Assembly (NCBI GenBank): GCA_002009975.1
Contig: MTLP01000032.1
Coordinates: 127,443 to 167,971 of the forward strand
From: Thermococcus sp. JdFR-02
Lineage (GTDB): Archaea > Methanobacteriota_B > Thermococci > Thermococcales > Thermococcaceae
Length of the DNA: 40,529 bases
Reading direction: 5' to 3'
Shown here: positions 28,673 through 40,224 of the stretch, piece by piece
Position numbering within the stretch: the first letter of the stretch is position 1
Layout: each line of letters starts with the position of its first letter
The notes under the pieces: model-generated
What the model saw: the letters and a program-made list of their open reading frames with translations, nothing else
The model's database searches: none
What the model was told of the DNA's origin: nothing
Program-made: the position numbers and the translations under genes

Positions 28673-29115
28673 AAATCTCTCAAATTTTCTCAAAATTTCT
28701 ATCTGTTCTTCAGTTTCAACAGCTGAAGGCTTAAAACTCCTCACTGTAATTATTGCATCTCTCCAACTTAAACCCCTATAATAAATAAGATAAGCAGATG
28801 CTATCGTTCCACTTCTCCCGCTTCCGCCTAAGCAGTGAATTAGAACTTTCTTTCCTCTCTTAGCTCTTTCATGAATCCATTTAACTATTTCATAGAGTTG
28901 CTCTAAAGTTGGTGCACTGAAATCTTCTATCGGCGAGTATAGAACTTCAACTCCATATTTTTCCCACTCTTTCAAATCGTACTCAAGCTCATACTCATAA
29001 GTAAGCACAACAACTGCCTGAAATTCCCTAGCCAGCTCTGGAATCTCTTCTTTATAGGGCATAGGTGAAAATGCAACATTTTTAGTTATGAATTTTGGAT
29101 AGACCATAATCATCA

Positions 29116-29116
<1 letters not shown>
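28661..29116 (-). CDS. Protein tyrosine/dual-specificity phosphatase
   Basis: HCLGGSGRSG (CX5R), PIEDFSAP, AVETEEQ. Confidence 0.92.
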
Positions 29117-30452
<1,336 letters not shown>

Positions 30453-30493
30453 TTATTAAGCGGTAACCCTTAAAGCCTTTTGGAGGTGGAGAG

Positions 30494-30925
30494 ATGATAA
30501 TCCTAATTTATCACAACATTAATGCCACTCGCAAACTTGAAGAGATGACCAAGATAGCCTTCGGTTTTGATGTTGATTTGTTTGTAGTTTCAAAGCCAAC
30601 GGGTTCTGCTGCTCAATCGGGAGTACCAGAAATCCACAAGCAAGCTTTTAGAAAGGGAAAGAATATTTTGATTGTTGGTGATTTGCGTGATGCTATTGAA
30701 CTGATTCAACCAGATGAAATTTATACGATAACAAAATTTGGAGAAAAACCAAACTTTGAAGAACTTAGAGAGAAAGCTAAGGAAAAGAAAGTTGTGTTTG
30801 TTTTTGGAGGAACTGAGCCGGGGTTATCAAAGAAAGAGATTGAGCTTGGGAAGCCTATAAACATAAAATGGGAAATCGGAGAAATTGGAGAAGCTGCAAT
30901 ACTCCTTTATGAACTCAAAAGGTGA
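30494..30925 (+). CDS. DUF2122/SPOUT-like protein (often annotated RecB-family nuclease)
   Basis: HN, GSAAQSGVPE, DLRDAIEL, FGGTEPGLSKKE. Confidence 0.7.
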   Translation: MIILIYHNINATRKLEEMTKIAFGFDVDLFVVSKPTGSAAQSGVPEIHKQAFRKGKNILIVGDLRDAIELIQPDEIYTITKFGEKPNFEELREKAKEKKVVFVFGGTEPGLSKKEIELGKPINIKWEIGEIGEAAILLYELKR

Positions 30926-32535
30926 GCATTTTGAAAAAGATTGTATCTCTTTTATTAATATTAATCATAATCGCATCGGGTTGCTTAGTAAAACAGCCCG
31001 CTGAGGTTAGATTTGAGATAGATAAAAAAATCGTGCAAACTGGAGAAACATTCCATTTAATCGTAACTATAAACAATACTGGAAAAGTTGCGTTTATTAA
31101 AATGGAGGATTTAATAGAGCTACCAGAGGGATTCACTATTCTGCAATCCCCTTCATTTCCAAGTCCTTTGAAAGTTGGTGATGTAACAGAGTTAGTATGG
31201 GTCATAAAAGCCCCCTCCACTCCAGGGGTTTACACAATAAAAGTTCCGCTAAAATTTATTGACGAGTTGAATCGCCCTTGGGGATTCTATCAAGAGTTCA
31301 CAATATCTGTAGTAAAGAAAGGAACTCCACCTCAATATTATGGAAAGCTTGAGGCTTCTTTAAACCTTCCTCAAAAATCAAGTGGAGGTTCTATATTAAA
31401 TGTCACCCTCACTCTAAAAAATAGCGGAAATGCTCCAATTGAGATTAAGGAGATTTCACTCAAACTGCTTGAAGGATTAGTTGTGTTGAATCAGCCTCAA
31501 CTACCTAGGAGCATAGGACCGAACATGAACTATGTGATTACCTACAAGGTTAAAGCGAGCTATCAATACATTTCGGGCTACATAACTGTAATAATAGATT
31601 ACATCGAAAACAACAAAGAAAAAAGGAGAATTGAGAGCCAGTTCTTGGAAATTACATGGAGACCATGGCTAAAACCTAAAGATGTTCTTAAAGAAGCTTA
31701 TGGGGATAAATACGTCTGGATAGAGAATGAGTATCTGGTTGATGGTTATTGGAGTAGCAAGTTTAACTCCACATCATTTGTTAATCTCAACTCATTAAGA
31801 GATTACTCACTTCCTCTTGTTTTAAGCTCTAAGTCTGAATTCGAAGCTGCAAACATAATATACAACTGGATTAAGGAGAACTATAAACTTGGAGATGTCA
31901 CGATAACTTTAGATCCCTTAAGAATTATAGAACAAAGAAAAATAAGCTATGCTGAGAGTCAAATTCTCTTTACAGCTATGATGCGCTCCATAAGTGTGCC
32001 TTCGAGAATAGTCACTTTATACAACGGCAGCGACTGTACCCTAAGACCAATTTCTGAGTTCTATTATGAAAACAGCTGGTATATTGTGGATTTTGAGAAC
32101 AACTTTATTGGAAGTAGGGATGATTATATAGTCACTCCATACTTCCCAAAGATCTATCAGCTTATAACTAAAGAAAATTACAGGATAGTTGCTCAAGCTC
32201 CAGAAGACCTTGAAGGTCATGAACACTTAGAATTAACCCCTGATTATTTAGCAAACCTCAAAGATAGACTAAAATCAAAGGTCGAGAAGAAATTCAACCC
32301 AACTTTGAGACCAAAGTTTACAAAGATGCTTGCTGACATGAGCGAAAATGAACAAATCTTCACGCTATTCTTATTTGCCTCTGCACCAGAGAATGAACTA
32401 AATGAATTGTTTTCAAAGTATGATCCAAAAGAAATTTCCAAGGGAACAAAAACACTTTATGAGTTCTATAAAGATAAGGAATGGCCCGAGAACTTCATTA
32501 AATACTGGTATATCCTTAGGGGGGTTTACAAGTGA
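30922..32535 (+). CDS. Lipoprotein with Ig-like domains and a degenerate transglutaminase-like domain
   Basis: Lipobox ASGC; INNTG and LKNSG Ig-like repeats; IYNWIKEN...[15 protein letters not shown]...WYIVD. Confidence 0.75.
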   Translation: MSILKKIVSLLLILIIIASGCLVKQPAEVRFEIDKKIVQTGETFHLIVTINNTGKVAFIKMEDLIELPEGFTILQSPSFPSPLKVGDVTELVWVIKAPSTPGVYTIKVPLKFIDELNRPWGFYQEFTISVVKKGTPPQYYGKLEASLNLPQKSSGGSILNVTLTLKNSGNAPIEIKEISLKLLEGLVVLNQPQLPRSIGPNMNYVITYKVKASYQYISGYITVIIDYIENNKEKRRIESQFLEITWRPWLKPKDVLKEAYGDKYVWIENEYLVDGYWSSKFNSTSFVNLNSLRDYSLPLVLSSKSEFEAANIIYNWIKENYKLGDVTITLDPLRIIEQRKISYAESQILFTAMMRSISVPSRIVTLYNGSDCTLRPISEFYYENSWYIVDFENNFIGSRDDYIVTPYFPKIYQLITKENYRIVAQAPEDLEGHEHLELTPDYLANLKDRLKSKVEKKFNPTLRPKFTKMLADMSENEQIFTLFLFASAPENELNELFSKYDPKEISKGTKTLYEFYKDKEWPENFIKYWYILRGVYK

Positions 32536-33080
32536 TAGTTGTCCTAAGATTAGGACACAGACCTGAGAGGGATAAGAGAATAACAACTCACGTTGCTTTA
32601 ACTGCAAGGGCTTTTGGAGCAGATGGGATAATAATTACAACAAGAGATGAGCATGTAGAAGAGAGCGTCAGAGATGTGATTAAACGCTGGGGAGGACCCT
32701 TTTTTATCGAATTTAACGAAAATTGGAGAAAGATTTTAAGAGAGTGGGACGGAAAGATAGTTCATTTAACCATGTATGGAATACCTGTTGATGAAATTTT
32801 ACCCAAAATAAAAGAGGATATGAAAAAAGGTGAAAACTTGCTAATTGTTGTAGGGGCAGAAAAAGTTCCAAGGGACGTTTATGAGCTTAGTGATTACAAT
32901 GTTGCAATTGGAAACCAGCCTCATAGCGAAGTTGCAGCATTAGCCGTTTTTTTAGACAGACTTTTAGAAGGAAAAGGTCTTAAAAAAGAGTTCAAGGATG
33001 CAAAGGTTAAGATAATACCCCAAGAAAGGGGAAAGAAGGTAATCAGCTTGGAGAGTGAAGAACATGCTGAACAAGTATAG
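32532..33080 (+). CDS. trm56: tRNA (cytidine(56)-2'-O)-methyltransferase
   Basis: [40 protein letters not shown]. Confidence 0.95.
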   Translation: MIVVLRLGHRPERDKRITTHVALTARAFGADGIIITTRDEHVEESVRDVIKRWGGPFFIEFNENWRKILREWDGKIVHLTMYGIPVDEILPKIKEDMKKGENLLIVVGAEKVPRDVYELSDYNVAIGNQPHSEVAALAVFLDRLLEGKGLKKEFKDAKVKIIPQERGKKVISLESEEHAEQV

Positions 33081-33624
33081 ACCTCTTGTCAAAGGCTATC
33101 TTGAGGCGATTGTTAAGCCTTTAGCTAAAATCGGGATAACTCCAAACATGCTAACTATAATTGGGCTTTCAATAACTCTAATTGCTTCTTACCTCTTTGC
33201 CTTAGGGGATCAAAGATTGGCAGCTATATTTTTGATATTTGGCTCTTTTATAGATGCATTAGATGGCAGCTTAGCAAGGCTAACTGGAAAAACTTCGAGG
33301 TTTGGAGCATTTTTGGATTCAACTACAGACAGAATAAGCGATGGAGCCGTTCTTTTTGGAATAGCCTATGGAGGATTAGTTAATTGGGAGATTGCATTTA
33401 TTGCTTTAATTGGATTCTATTTGGTTAGTTATGAGCGTTGTAGAGCAGAATTAGCGGGAAGCGGGAGTTTAGCGATAGGAATAGCGGAAAGAGCCGAGAG
33501 GTTGATAATTATAATATTGTTTGCTTTAGTGAAGAGAGTTGAGTTAGGTGTTTACATTGCAACAGCTTTAACTTGGATAACCGCTTTGCAAAGATTAATA
33601 GAAGCAAAGAAAAGGCTTGGCTAG
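33064..33624 (+). CDS. pgsA: Archaetidylinositol phosphate synthase (CDP-alcohol phosphatidyltransferase)
   Basis: TPNMLT and DALDGSLAR...[13 protein letters not shown] motifs. Confidence 0.88.
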   Translation: MLNKYRPLVKGYLEAIVKPLAKIGITPNMLTIIGLSITLIASYLFALGDQRLAAIFLIFGSFIDALDGSLARLTGKTSRFGAFLDSTTDRISDGAVLFGIAYGGLVNWEIAFIALIGFYLVSYERCRAELAGSGSLAIGIAERAERLIIIILFALVKRVELGVYIATALTWITALQRLIEAKKRLG

Positions 33625-33654
33625 CTTTAATTTCAAAAATCAAAAAAGAAAGTA

Positions 33655-34680
33655 TTATCTCTTCACAAACCAGCTCTCCAATGTAAATTGCCTTCCTGCT
33701 CTAACCGCTTTTTTAAGTCTTTGCAATCCGTTTTTGACTCTTTCTTCACTAAAGTCATGTTCATCGCACAGGAATTTTAGAACTCCTTCCTCATCCGGCA
33801 TTTTCCATTCAAGTTTGTATTCATCAGTGACAGGAGGATTTAGGAAAAACTCTTTAATAGCGTACAAATCAACGTCGCTGTGTTTAATATAAAGTGCAAA
33901 GGGGTCTTTTTTATACTTAACAATCTCTAGAGCTTTTTTTGGTCCGATACCTTTAATTCCACCTGGATTGTAATCTGTTCCAACCAAGATTGCCAGTTCT
34001 ATTAGCTTTTCCCTTGTAATCTTAAGTTCCTTCAAAACTTCTTCCAAAACTATAAGCTCTGGCTTAATCTCAACGTAAATGTCCTTTCCTGGCAATTTTC
34101 TTCTTCCCGTAATTGTAAGGTTTCTAACCAATCTAGGCGTTCCAAACAAAAGAGAGTCGTAATCCTGAGATGCCGATGCCCAAACGTTGCCTTTTAAGAC
34201 CATATAAGCTGCTTGAGCTTCACCCTCACTTGGTGCTTGAACCCAAGGAATCCCCATAAGCTCTAAAAGCTTCTTTGCATCATTGATGAGCTGTTCGTTA
34301 ACCTTTGTAGCCCTTTGAGCGTATTTTTTAGCCTCTTCAAGTTCTCCAGCTGCTAGAGCTTCCTCCCATTTCACTTTAGCCTCTTCTCTCGCTTTCTCCC
34401 TCATTTCCAGTTCCTTCTTTTTGAATTCTGGAGGCTTTCCATCAAATACGTATGCAGGCTTTATCCCTGCTTCCATAAGGTTTATAGTTCTATAAAAAAG
34501 TCCTGATAGGTGAGATGTTATTCTCCCCTTCGAATCCATTAAAGGCGTTCCATCTCTTTGTCTAATCGTAGAGAGAAACTGGTAGACAGCATTAAATGCA
34601 TCAATAGCAATTTTTCTGCCATTGAGATTTTCAATTTCAATCTCTTTTTTAGGAATTAACTCACCAATAGGAACTCCCAT
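33655..34680 (-). CDS. fen: Flap endonuclease 1
   Basis: MGV start, IDAFN, EGEAQ, SQDYDS, GTDYN; C-terminal PIP box QFTLESWF. Confidence 0.97.
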   Translation of the reverse strand: MGVPIGELIPKKEIEIENLNGRKIAIDAFNAVYQFLSTIRQRDGTPLMDSKGRITSHLSGLFYRTINLMEAGIKPAYVFDGKPPEFKKKELEMREKAREEAKVKWEEALAAGELEEAKKYAQRATKVNEQLINDAKKLLELMGIPWVQAPSEGEAQAAYMVLKGNVWASASQDYDSLLFGTPRLVRNLTITGRRKLPGKDIYVEIKPELIVLEEVLKELKITREKLIELAILVGTDYNPGGIKGIGPKKALEIVKYKKDPFALYIKHSDVDLYAIKEFFLNPPVTDEYKLEWKMPDEEGVLKFLCDEHDFSEERVKNGLQRLKKAVRAGRQFTLESWFVKR

Positions 34681-35105
34681 TATGCCTCACCCACTTTAAT
34701 ATATAAATATCCCAACACAAATATAAGTACTGCTATTGCAAAGAGCTTTATTGAATCCAACTCTTTAAAATCAGAAGTAACCACAATTTTTTGAATTAGA
34801 GCAACAATTCCAACTTCAAGAATGTGGCTTAAACTTACACGGTGCTGCCTTAGGTAGATAATCAAAATGCGGTAAGTTTCAATTAGTATAATCGTCACAA
34901 GAACATTGGCAACTAAGAATTTTGGCTCCACAACGTTGTATGTAAGCTTAAAGTTCAGATAAATGGAATAAAGAGTTAGGTAGAGTATGAAAAAGAGAAA
35001 TATCATGACGACTAGGTCAAAGGCAACCTCTAACATTTTTCTGAAAACTTTATGAACTTGAGTATATTGAGCTATTTTTTCCTCCTCAATTCTTGTCATT
35101 GGCAT
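34680..35105 (-). CDS. PsiE-like membrane protein
   Basis: Four TM helices, IILIETYR...[15 protein letters not shown]. True start probably ATG 35105 or 35099, since the ORF-track start lies inside an sRNA. TAATG coupling to fen. Confidence 0.72.
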   Translation of the reverse strand: MPMTRIEEEKIAQYTQVHKVFRKMLEVAFDLVVMIFLFFILYLTLYSIYLNFKLTYNVVEPKFLVANVLVTIILIETYRILIIYLRQHRVSLSHILEVGIVALIQKIVVTSDFKELDSIKLFAIAVLIFVLGYLYIKVGEA

Positions 35106-35160
35106 CAGCCTACCGAAAAGGCTCATCACCCTTCAGTGAGGGGAAGGCTCATCATCACTT
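35101..35160 (-). ncRNA. Box C/D guide sRNA overlapping the psiE-like start codon
   Basis: C ATGATGA 35155-49; guide GCCTTCCCCTCA; D' CTGA 35136-33; C' GTGATGA 35129-23; guide GCCTTTTCGGTAGG; D CTGA 35108-05; TTTAAA at 35179-84. Confidence 0.9.
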
Positions 35161-35408
35161 TTACTTTCTGTGTTTAACTTTAAAACATTGCTTCCTTAAT
35201 TAGTTTGTGGGCATATGACTCAAAGTGATCTTGGAAAGCTACTGATGACCTGCAAATGCATATAAATTTTGATTCCTCTTCAAAGTTTTCAATTCTTAAT
35301 TTTCATGCATTTTGAAATTGAAGCCTTTTTAGTACTTACTTTTTTTTTCAAAACGAATTTTACTATTATAAATCAAAAAATTTAAATAGCATAATAGATA
35401 TAACAGTT

Positions 35409-36626
35409 ATGAAACTTCCTGTGGTGATGTCAATGCAATGGAGGTTGTTCGGTGTTTTGTTACTTGGTTTGTTGGTTTTGAGTTCGTTTGGTAGTGCGGC
35501 AGTGCCAAGTAAGGGAGTTTCTCCAGCACTTGCTGAAAAAGTTGCCAGAAGCTATGTGCAGTGGATTGCTGTCAACATCCCTGACTTTAAAGAGTGGAGG
35601 GATGTAACTCTTGGAAAGCCTGTCACGTATTATTTCCCTAATGGTGAGAAAAGTGCTTATGAATTTGCAGTTTTCAAGAACGGTAAGAGTGTTGGGTTTA
35701 TTCTTGTTTCGGCAAGAAAAGACATGCCTCCAGTTTTGGAGTTTAGCAAAGCAAAACCACCAAGCTGGAAGTTAGAGAAAGTTAAAGAGCTTGCAGAAAA
35801 GAAGGGTTATAAAACTGGGAGACTGCTTTATTATGGAGCACTAACCTACAGCATTGATATTGGAAATGGGAAAGCAATAGGATTAAAAGACATGAAAATG
35901 AGAGAATATCCAATGAAAGTGGAATTAAAATTCAACAAAGAAAAAGCAAGAAGCACAGAATCATACACTTCTCTATCTTTGACTTTATCAACAACTCCTA
36001 TATTTTTAGATGGGAATAGCATAGAAGGAGTGCCCGCATGGACATCAGAAGACGATGGAGGATCGAGTATACAATACCCCAATAATGTGGGTTTAGCATC
36101 AGATCCATGGGATGATTGGGATGGTTGCTCTCCAATAGCTGCTTCAATGGTGATTGCATATTATGAACCCCAATTACGAGATGATTGGAACAGAGAAGCA
36201 ATTATTGATATTCTACACCACACTATGGGTACAGACTATAGCGGAAGTACAGTACCCTGGAACATAGATACAGGGATTGATTGGTTTGATGACGAATATA
36301 ACGACTTACGCAATCAAGGAATAGTAAGTGATCCACTTTATCACACATTTGATGGATCAAATGATTACTATGTTTCTCAGGATGATGTCATTAGAGAAGT
36401 CGACAATAAGCAACCCTTTGTGTTAAACATGTTTCCATATGGTAGTAGCTTAACTGAAGGGCATTCTGTTACAGTAGTGGGATACTCAAGATGGTTATAT
36501 TCAGACGGAACATCCAGCTGGATAGTGATGTATCTTGAAATTCATAATACTTGGGATTATTATGCTACATACATAACATTTGGAGACTGGACTACAGCGG
36601 TAGCAACATATGTAGATGCCTATTGA
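35409..36626 (+). CDS. Secreted papain-like cysteine protease (C39-like/C10-like) with an Spi/I69-like propeptide
   Basis: Signal peptide; GFILVSARKDMPPVLEFS pro-domain motif; catalytic GCSPIAASMVIAYY, GHSVTVVGY and IHNTW. The start may be ATG 35433. Confidence 0.8.
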   Translation: MKLPVVMSMQWRLFGVLLLGLLVLSSFGSAAVPSKGVSPALAEKVARSYVQWIAVNIPDFKEWRDVTLGKPVTYYFPNGEKSAYEFAVFKNGKSVGFILVSARKDMPPVLEFSKAKPPSWKLEKVKELAEKKGYKTGRLLYYGALTYSIDIGNGKAIGLKDMKMREYPMKVELKFNKEKARSTESYTSLSLTLSTTPIFLDGNSIEGVPAWTSEDDGGSSIQYPNNVGLASDPWDDWDGCSPIAASMVIAYYEPQLRDDWNREAIIDILHHTMGTDYSGSTVPWNIDTGIDWFDDEYNDLRNQGIVSDPLYHTFDGSNDYYVSQDDVIREVDNKQPFVLNMFPYGSSLTEGHSVTVVGYSRWLYSDGTSSWIVMYLEIHNTWDYYATYITFGDWTTAVATYVDAY

Positions 36627-36634
36627 AAATGTAC

Positions 36635-36663
36635 ACCTCTCTTTTTCATTTATTTTTGTTTTA
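36635..36663 (+). terminator. T-rich terminator candidate
   Basis: CTCTCTTTTTCATTTATTTTTGTTTT after the stop codon. Confidence 0.45.
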
Positions 36664-36683
36664 AAAAGTAGGGGTAATAAGCC

Positions 36684-37409
36684 ATGAAAACGGAAACAAA
36701 AAATACAAAGAATAAGAAGAATAAGGATATCCTTGTCATAATAGTCTTGCTATGCGGCATTGTGGTGCCTTTCCTCCTTCAGTATGTATTAATTTTTATA
36801 GCAGAGCTCTTTGGCTTAAGATTATCATTTTTCACAGCTTTTATTATTCCCGCATTAGTCGCTTCGTTGCTCCCAGCATTCTATGCAGAAATTTACATTA
36901 AAGAGTCTGACACTGCAATAAAAGCGTTTACAGCAACATTACTCCTCGCCTTTTTCATACCATTTATACTATCACTTAGAACAGGCCCAAGCCCTCAAGT
37001 GGCAGCTTACCTTACAATATCCCCAAGAGATAGACCCGGCTTTAATTCGCAAAATCATGAATGGCTTGAGGAATATTCATTTCTACCAAAGAACTACAAC
37101 GGCTTATGGGCTGGACAAGTTTCAGATTATTACATAGCAATTTACACTTGGCGGGAAAACATTTTCTTGGGAGAATATCTGTGTAGGAAAGCCTTCAACT
37201 CCGCAGAAAAAGAATTAAAATCCAGGGAGTTTAAAGAAGTAAACCTAACAATTCGGAGAGAAGCCTACAGGAAAGCTATCTTATCAAACAAGACTAGTCT
37301 AGTTTACATCGAATGCTCTAAAAGACTTGGGTATCAAAGACTGATCTTTCTCGTTGGAACAGCCAATAAAACCAAAGAATTTATCGAATTCATTGAAAAT
37401 CTTAGATGA
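36684..37409 (+). CDS. Hypothetical membrane protein (3 TM helices plus a C-terminal soluble domain)
   Basis: Three hydrophobic segments, then about 140 polar residues; GGGGT RBS. Confidence 0.7.
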   Translation: MKTETKNTKNKKNKDILVIIVLLCGIVVPFLLQYVLIFIAELFGLRLSFFTAFIIPALVASLLPAFYAEIYIKESDTAIKAFTATLLLAFFIPFILSLRTGPSPQVAAYLTISPRDRPGFNSQNHEWLEEYSFLPKNYNGLWAGQVSDYYIAIYTWRENIFLGEYLCRKAFNSAEKELKSREFKEVNLTIRREAYRKAILSNKTSLVYIECSKRLGYQRLIFLVGTANKTKEFIEFIENLR

Positions 37410-37533
37410 TAATATTTTAAATCTGCATTTTTAGGGTTTTCACAATTTCAATAATGTTCTGTCTTTTCTTGTTTCAAATTGGGTAATGATACTTCAACAA
37501 CAATTGTTCAAAACCATGATTTATTTTAACAAG

Positions 37534-37576
37534 TGCCGATAGGACAATCGGCAAAATGATAAGGGAAAAGTTATAA
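37534..37576 (+). promoter_or_regulatory. Inverted-repeat operator plus BRE/TATA of acdA
   Basis: TGCCGAT-N6-ATCGGCA at 37534-37553, then GGGAAAAG-TTATAA at 37563-37576. Confidence 0.55.
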
Positions 37577-37623
37577 CTATTTTGCTCTAACTTTTCCTTG
37601 TAAAGCTAACTGAGGTGGAAGAG

Positions 37624-39009
37624 ATGAGCATAGAAGCCCTTTTCAAGCCAAAAAGTATTGCTGTCATAGGTGCATCAGGGAAACCTGGAAAGATAGGTTA
37701 TGCAATCTTGAAGAACTTAATCGAGTATGGCTATGAAGGAAAAATATACGCAGTAAACGTTAAAGGCGGAGAAATAGAGATCAGTGGGAGGAAATTCCAA
37801 GTATACAAAAGTATTTTGGATGTTCCCGATGAAATTGATATGGCTGTTATAGTTGTTCCAGCTAAGTTCGTTCCTCAAGTTGTTGAGGAATGTGGAAAGA
37901 AAGGCGTTAAGGTTTTGCCAATAATTAGCTCAGGGTTTGGTGAACTTGGACCAGAGGGCAAAAAGGTTGAAGAACAATTAGTCGAAACCGCTCACAAGTA
38001 TGGCATGAGAATTCTTGGACCAAACATCTTCGGTGTCGTTTACACACCAACTAAGATAAACGCTACATTCGGTCCTAGAGATGTTTTACCCGGAAAACTT
38101 GCCTTAATATCACAAAGCGGTGCTTTGGGAATAGCTTTAATGGGATGGACAATTCTTGAGAAAGTTGGACTTTCAGCATTAGTTAGTATTGGAAATAAGA
38201 GTGATATCGATGATGCTGACCTTTTAGAGTACTTCAAAGATGATGAAAACACTGGTGCAATTTTAATCTACATGGAAGGAGTCAAGGATGGTAGAAAGTT
38301 CATGGAAGCCGCTAAAGAAGTTAGCAAAAAGAAACCAGTCATTGTTATTAAAGCAGGAAGAAGTGAGAGAGGTGCAAAAGCTGCAGCTTCACATACAGGT
38401 TCATTGGCTGGAGCAGATGCAATTTATACTGCAGCATTTAAGCAAAGCGGTGTCTTGAGAGCTTTAACAATTGGCGAAGCTTTTGATTGGGCAAGAACAC
38501 TAAGCAATTTACCAGAGCCACAAGGAGAGAACGTTGTTATCTTGACAAACGGTGGTGGAATTGGAGTTATGGCAACAGATGCTGCTGAAGAAGAGGGATT
38601 AAAGCTCTATGACAATCTAGAAGAGCTTAAAGTATTTGCAAACCACATGCCACCCTTTGGAAGCTATAAGAACCCAGTTGACTTAACAGGTATGGCAGGC
38701 GCTCAAGCTTATGAGGGTGCTGTTAGAGATGCATTAGCTCACCCAGAGATGCATGCAATAGCCGTTCTTTACTGCCAAACTGCAGTTTTGGATCCAAGAG
38801 ACTTAGCAAGGATCATAATTGAAGAGTATGATAAGAGCGGAAGAAAGAAACCATTGGTTGTTGCAATCGTTGGTGGAATTGAGGCAAAAGAAGCTATTGA
38901 CATATTAAATGAAAACGGCATTCCAGCGTATCCAGAACCAGAGAGAGCTATTAAGTCATTAGCCGCTTTATATAGATGGGAACGCTGGAAGAAGAGCAAG
39001 AAAGCGTGA
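37624..39009 (+). CDS. acdA: ADP-forming acetate--CoA ligase, alpha subunit
   Basis: FKPKSIAVIGAS, GPNIFG, SQSGAL, ASHTGSLAG (phospho-His), TNGGG, NPVDLTG. Confidence 0.95.
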   Translation: MSIEALFKPKSIAVIGASGKPGKIGYAILKNLIEYGYEGKIYAVNVKGGEIEISGRKFQVYKSILDVPDEIDMAVIVVPAKFVPQVVEECGKKGVKVLPIISSGFGELGPEGKKVEEQLVETAHKYGMRILGPNIFGVVYTPTKINATFGPRDVLPGKLALISQSGALGIALMGWTILEKVGLSALVSIGNKSDIDDADLLEYFKDDENTGAILIYMEGVKDGRKFMEAAKEVSKKKPVIVIKAGRSERGAKAAASHTGSLAGADAIYTAAFKQSGVLRALTIGEAFDWARTLSNLPEPQGENVVILTNGGGIGVMATDAAEEEGLKLYDNLEELKVFANHMPPFGSYKNPVDLTGMAGAQAYEGAVRDALAHPEMHAIAVLYCQTAVLDPRDLARIIIEEYDKSGRKKPLVVAIVGGIEAKEAIDILNENGIPAYPEPERAIKSLAALYRWERWKKSKKA

Positions 39010-39040
39010 GTTTTTCTTTTAATTTACTTTTAATTTTCCC
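39010..39040 (+). terminator. Oligo-T terminator candidate
   Basis: GTTTTTCTTTTAATTTACTTTTAATTTT after the stop codon. Confidence 0.5.
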
Positions 39041-39084
39041 TAAAACTTTAAAGTTTTGTAGAGATACATAGTTTTGGTGAGTTT

Positions 39085-39783
39085 ATGTTAATCGCTTTAA
39101 TCTCTGACATACACTCTAATTTTGAAGCTTTAGAAGCCGTTTGGAAAGAAATCAAAAAAGCTGACGTGATTTTTTGCATGGGTGACTTAGTGGGCTATGG
39201 AGCAAATCCCAATGAAGTTGTTGAGTTCTTTAAAGAGCAGATGAAAAAAAGAGAGATCCTCTGTGTTCGTGGCAACCATGACAATGCTGTCGCTTTTGGC
39301 ATTGATTGGGGCTTTAATCCCTATGCAAGACTTGCAGTTAGATGGCATCAACAAGTTATGACCACTGAAAATCTAGAATTTTTAAGGAAGTTGCCAATTA
39401 GGGAACTCTTTACTGACGATACTGGAAGAACTTACCTTTTAATTCATGGCTCCCCAAGAGTACCTTTAGACGAATACCTTTTTCCTTGGCTTCCAAGAAG
39501 TGAATTTAGAGATGTTCTAAGCCATATGAAACAAGATGACCTAATAGTTGGGCACACTCACATGCAGATGCTCATTGAGATGGAAGGAAGAAGAATCATT
39601 AACCCTGGAGGAGTAGGACAACCAAGAGATGGAGATTGGAGAGCAGCTTATGCTTTCATTGATACAGAAACTCAAGAAGTAGAGTTTAAAAGGGTCGAAT
39701 ATGACATAGACAAAGCAGTGAAAAAGATAATAAACGCTGGATTACCTGAATTCTTAGCCTATAGGCTTTATGAGGGATATTAA
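39085..39783 (+). CDS. Metallophosphoesterase (YfcE/MJ0936-like)
   Basis: SDIHSN, GDLVGYG, RGNHD, HGSP, GHTH, NPGGVGQPRDG. Confidence 0.92.
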   Translation: MLIALISDIHSNFEALEAVWKEIKKADVIFCMGDLVGYGANPNEVVEFFKEQMKKREILCVRGNHDNAVAFGIDWGFNPYARLAVRWHQQVMTTENLEFLRKLPIRELFTDDTGRTYLLIHGSPRVPLDEYLFPWLPRSEFRDVLSHMKQDDLIVGHTHMQMLIEMEGRRIINPGGVGQPRDGDWRAAYAFIDTETQEVEFKRVEYDIDKAVKKIINAGLPEFLAYRLYEGY

Positions 39784-39813
39784 TCAAAGCAAAGAAAGTG
39801 GGATTAAGTTGCT

Positions 39814-40101
39814 CTATTCCCTCGTAGTGATGCCCCTAAGCTTTGACTTAACTGTCAATCTTGCTGAGTCAATAATTATCACTTCTCCTATGCTTTTTAC
39901 AGCACTAAATGGAATTAAAAGCAATCCTTCATGATCGGTGACAAATTCGCTTGTGTCCAAATCTTCATCTGGTTCTGCAACTATAACCAACAACTCTCCT
40001 GTCTCTTCATCGAAGCTTAAATCGTAAACCCATCCAAGCCTTACACCAGTATCACTAATCAACTCAACATCCCTAAGCTTTGATGCCCTTATCTTTACCA
40101 T
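39814..40101 (-). CDS. PRC-barrel protein (CdpB-like cell-division factor candidate)
   Basis: ASKL..VELISDTG.RLG.VYDLSFDEETG...IPFSAVKSIGEVII. Confidence 0.82.
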   Translation of the reverse strand: MVKIRASKLRDVELISDTGVRLGWVYDLSFDEETGELLVIVAEPDEDLDTSEFVTDHEGLLLIPFSAVKSIGEVIIIDSARLTVKSKLRGITTRE

Positions 40102-40224
40102 CGTTTTCACCTCAAAAATTTAAACCACGTAAAATAATCCATCTTTGTGTATAAATTATTTTTCCTTACAGCTTTAAGGGTTTTTATTGAGAATCAACTT
40201 ATGCATTTAAAAGTAAAAGAGAAA

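Noticed and set aside
35106-35150. Resemblance of CACCCTTCAGTGAGGGGAAGG to an IS200/IS605 right end, and the GTG start at 35129
   Set aside because: Fully explained by the minus-strand box C/D sRNA. No tnpA or tnpB is nearby.
35214-35252. Possible third C/D sRNA (GTGATC...CTGATGA)
   Set aside because: The boxes are incomplete and wrongly spaced.
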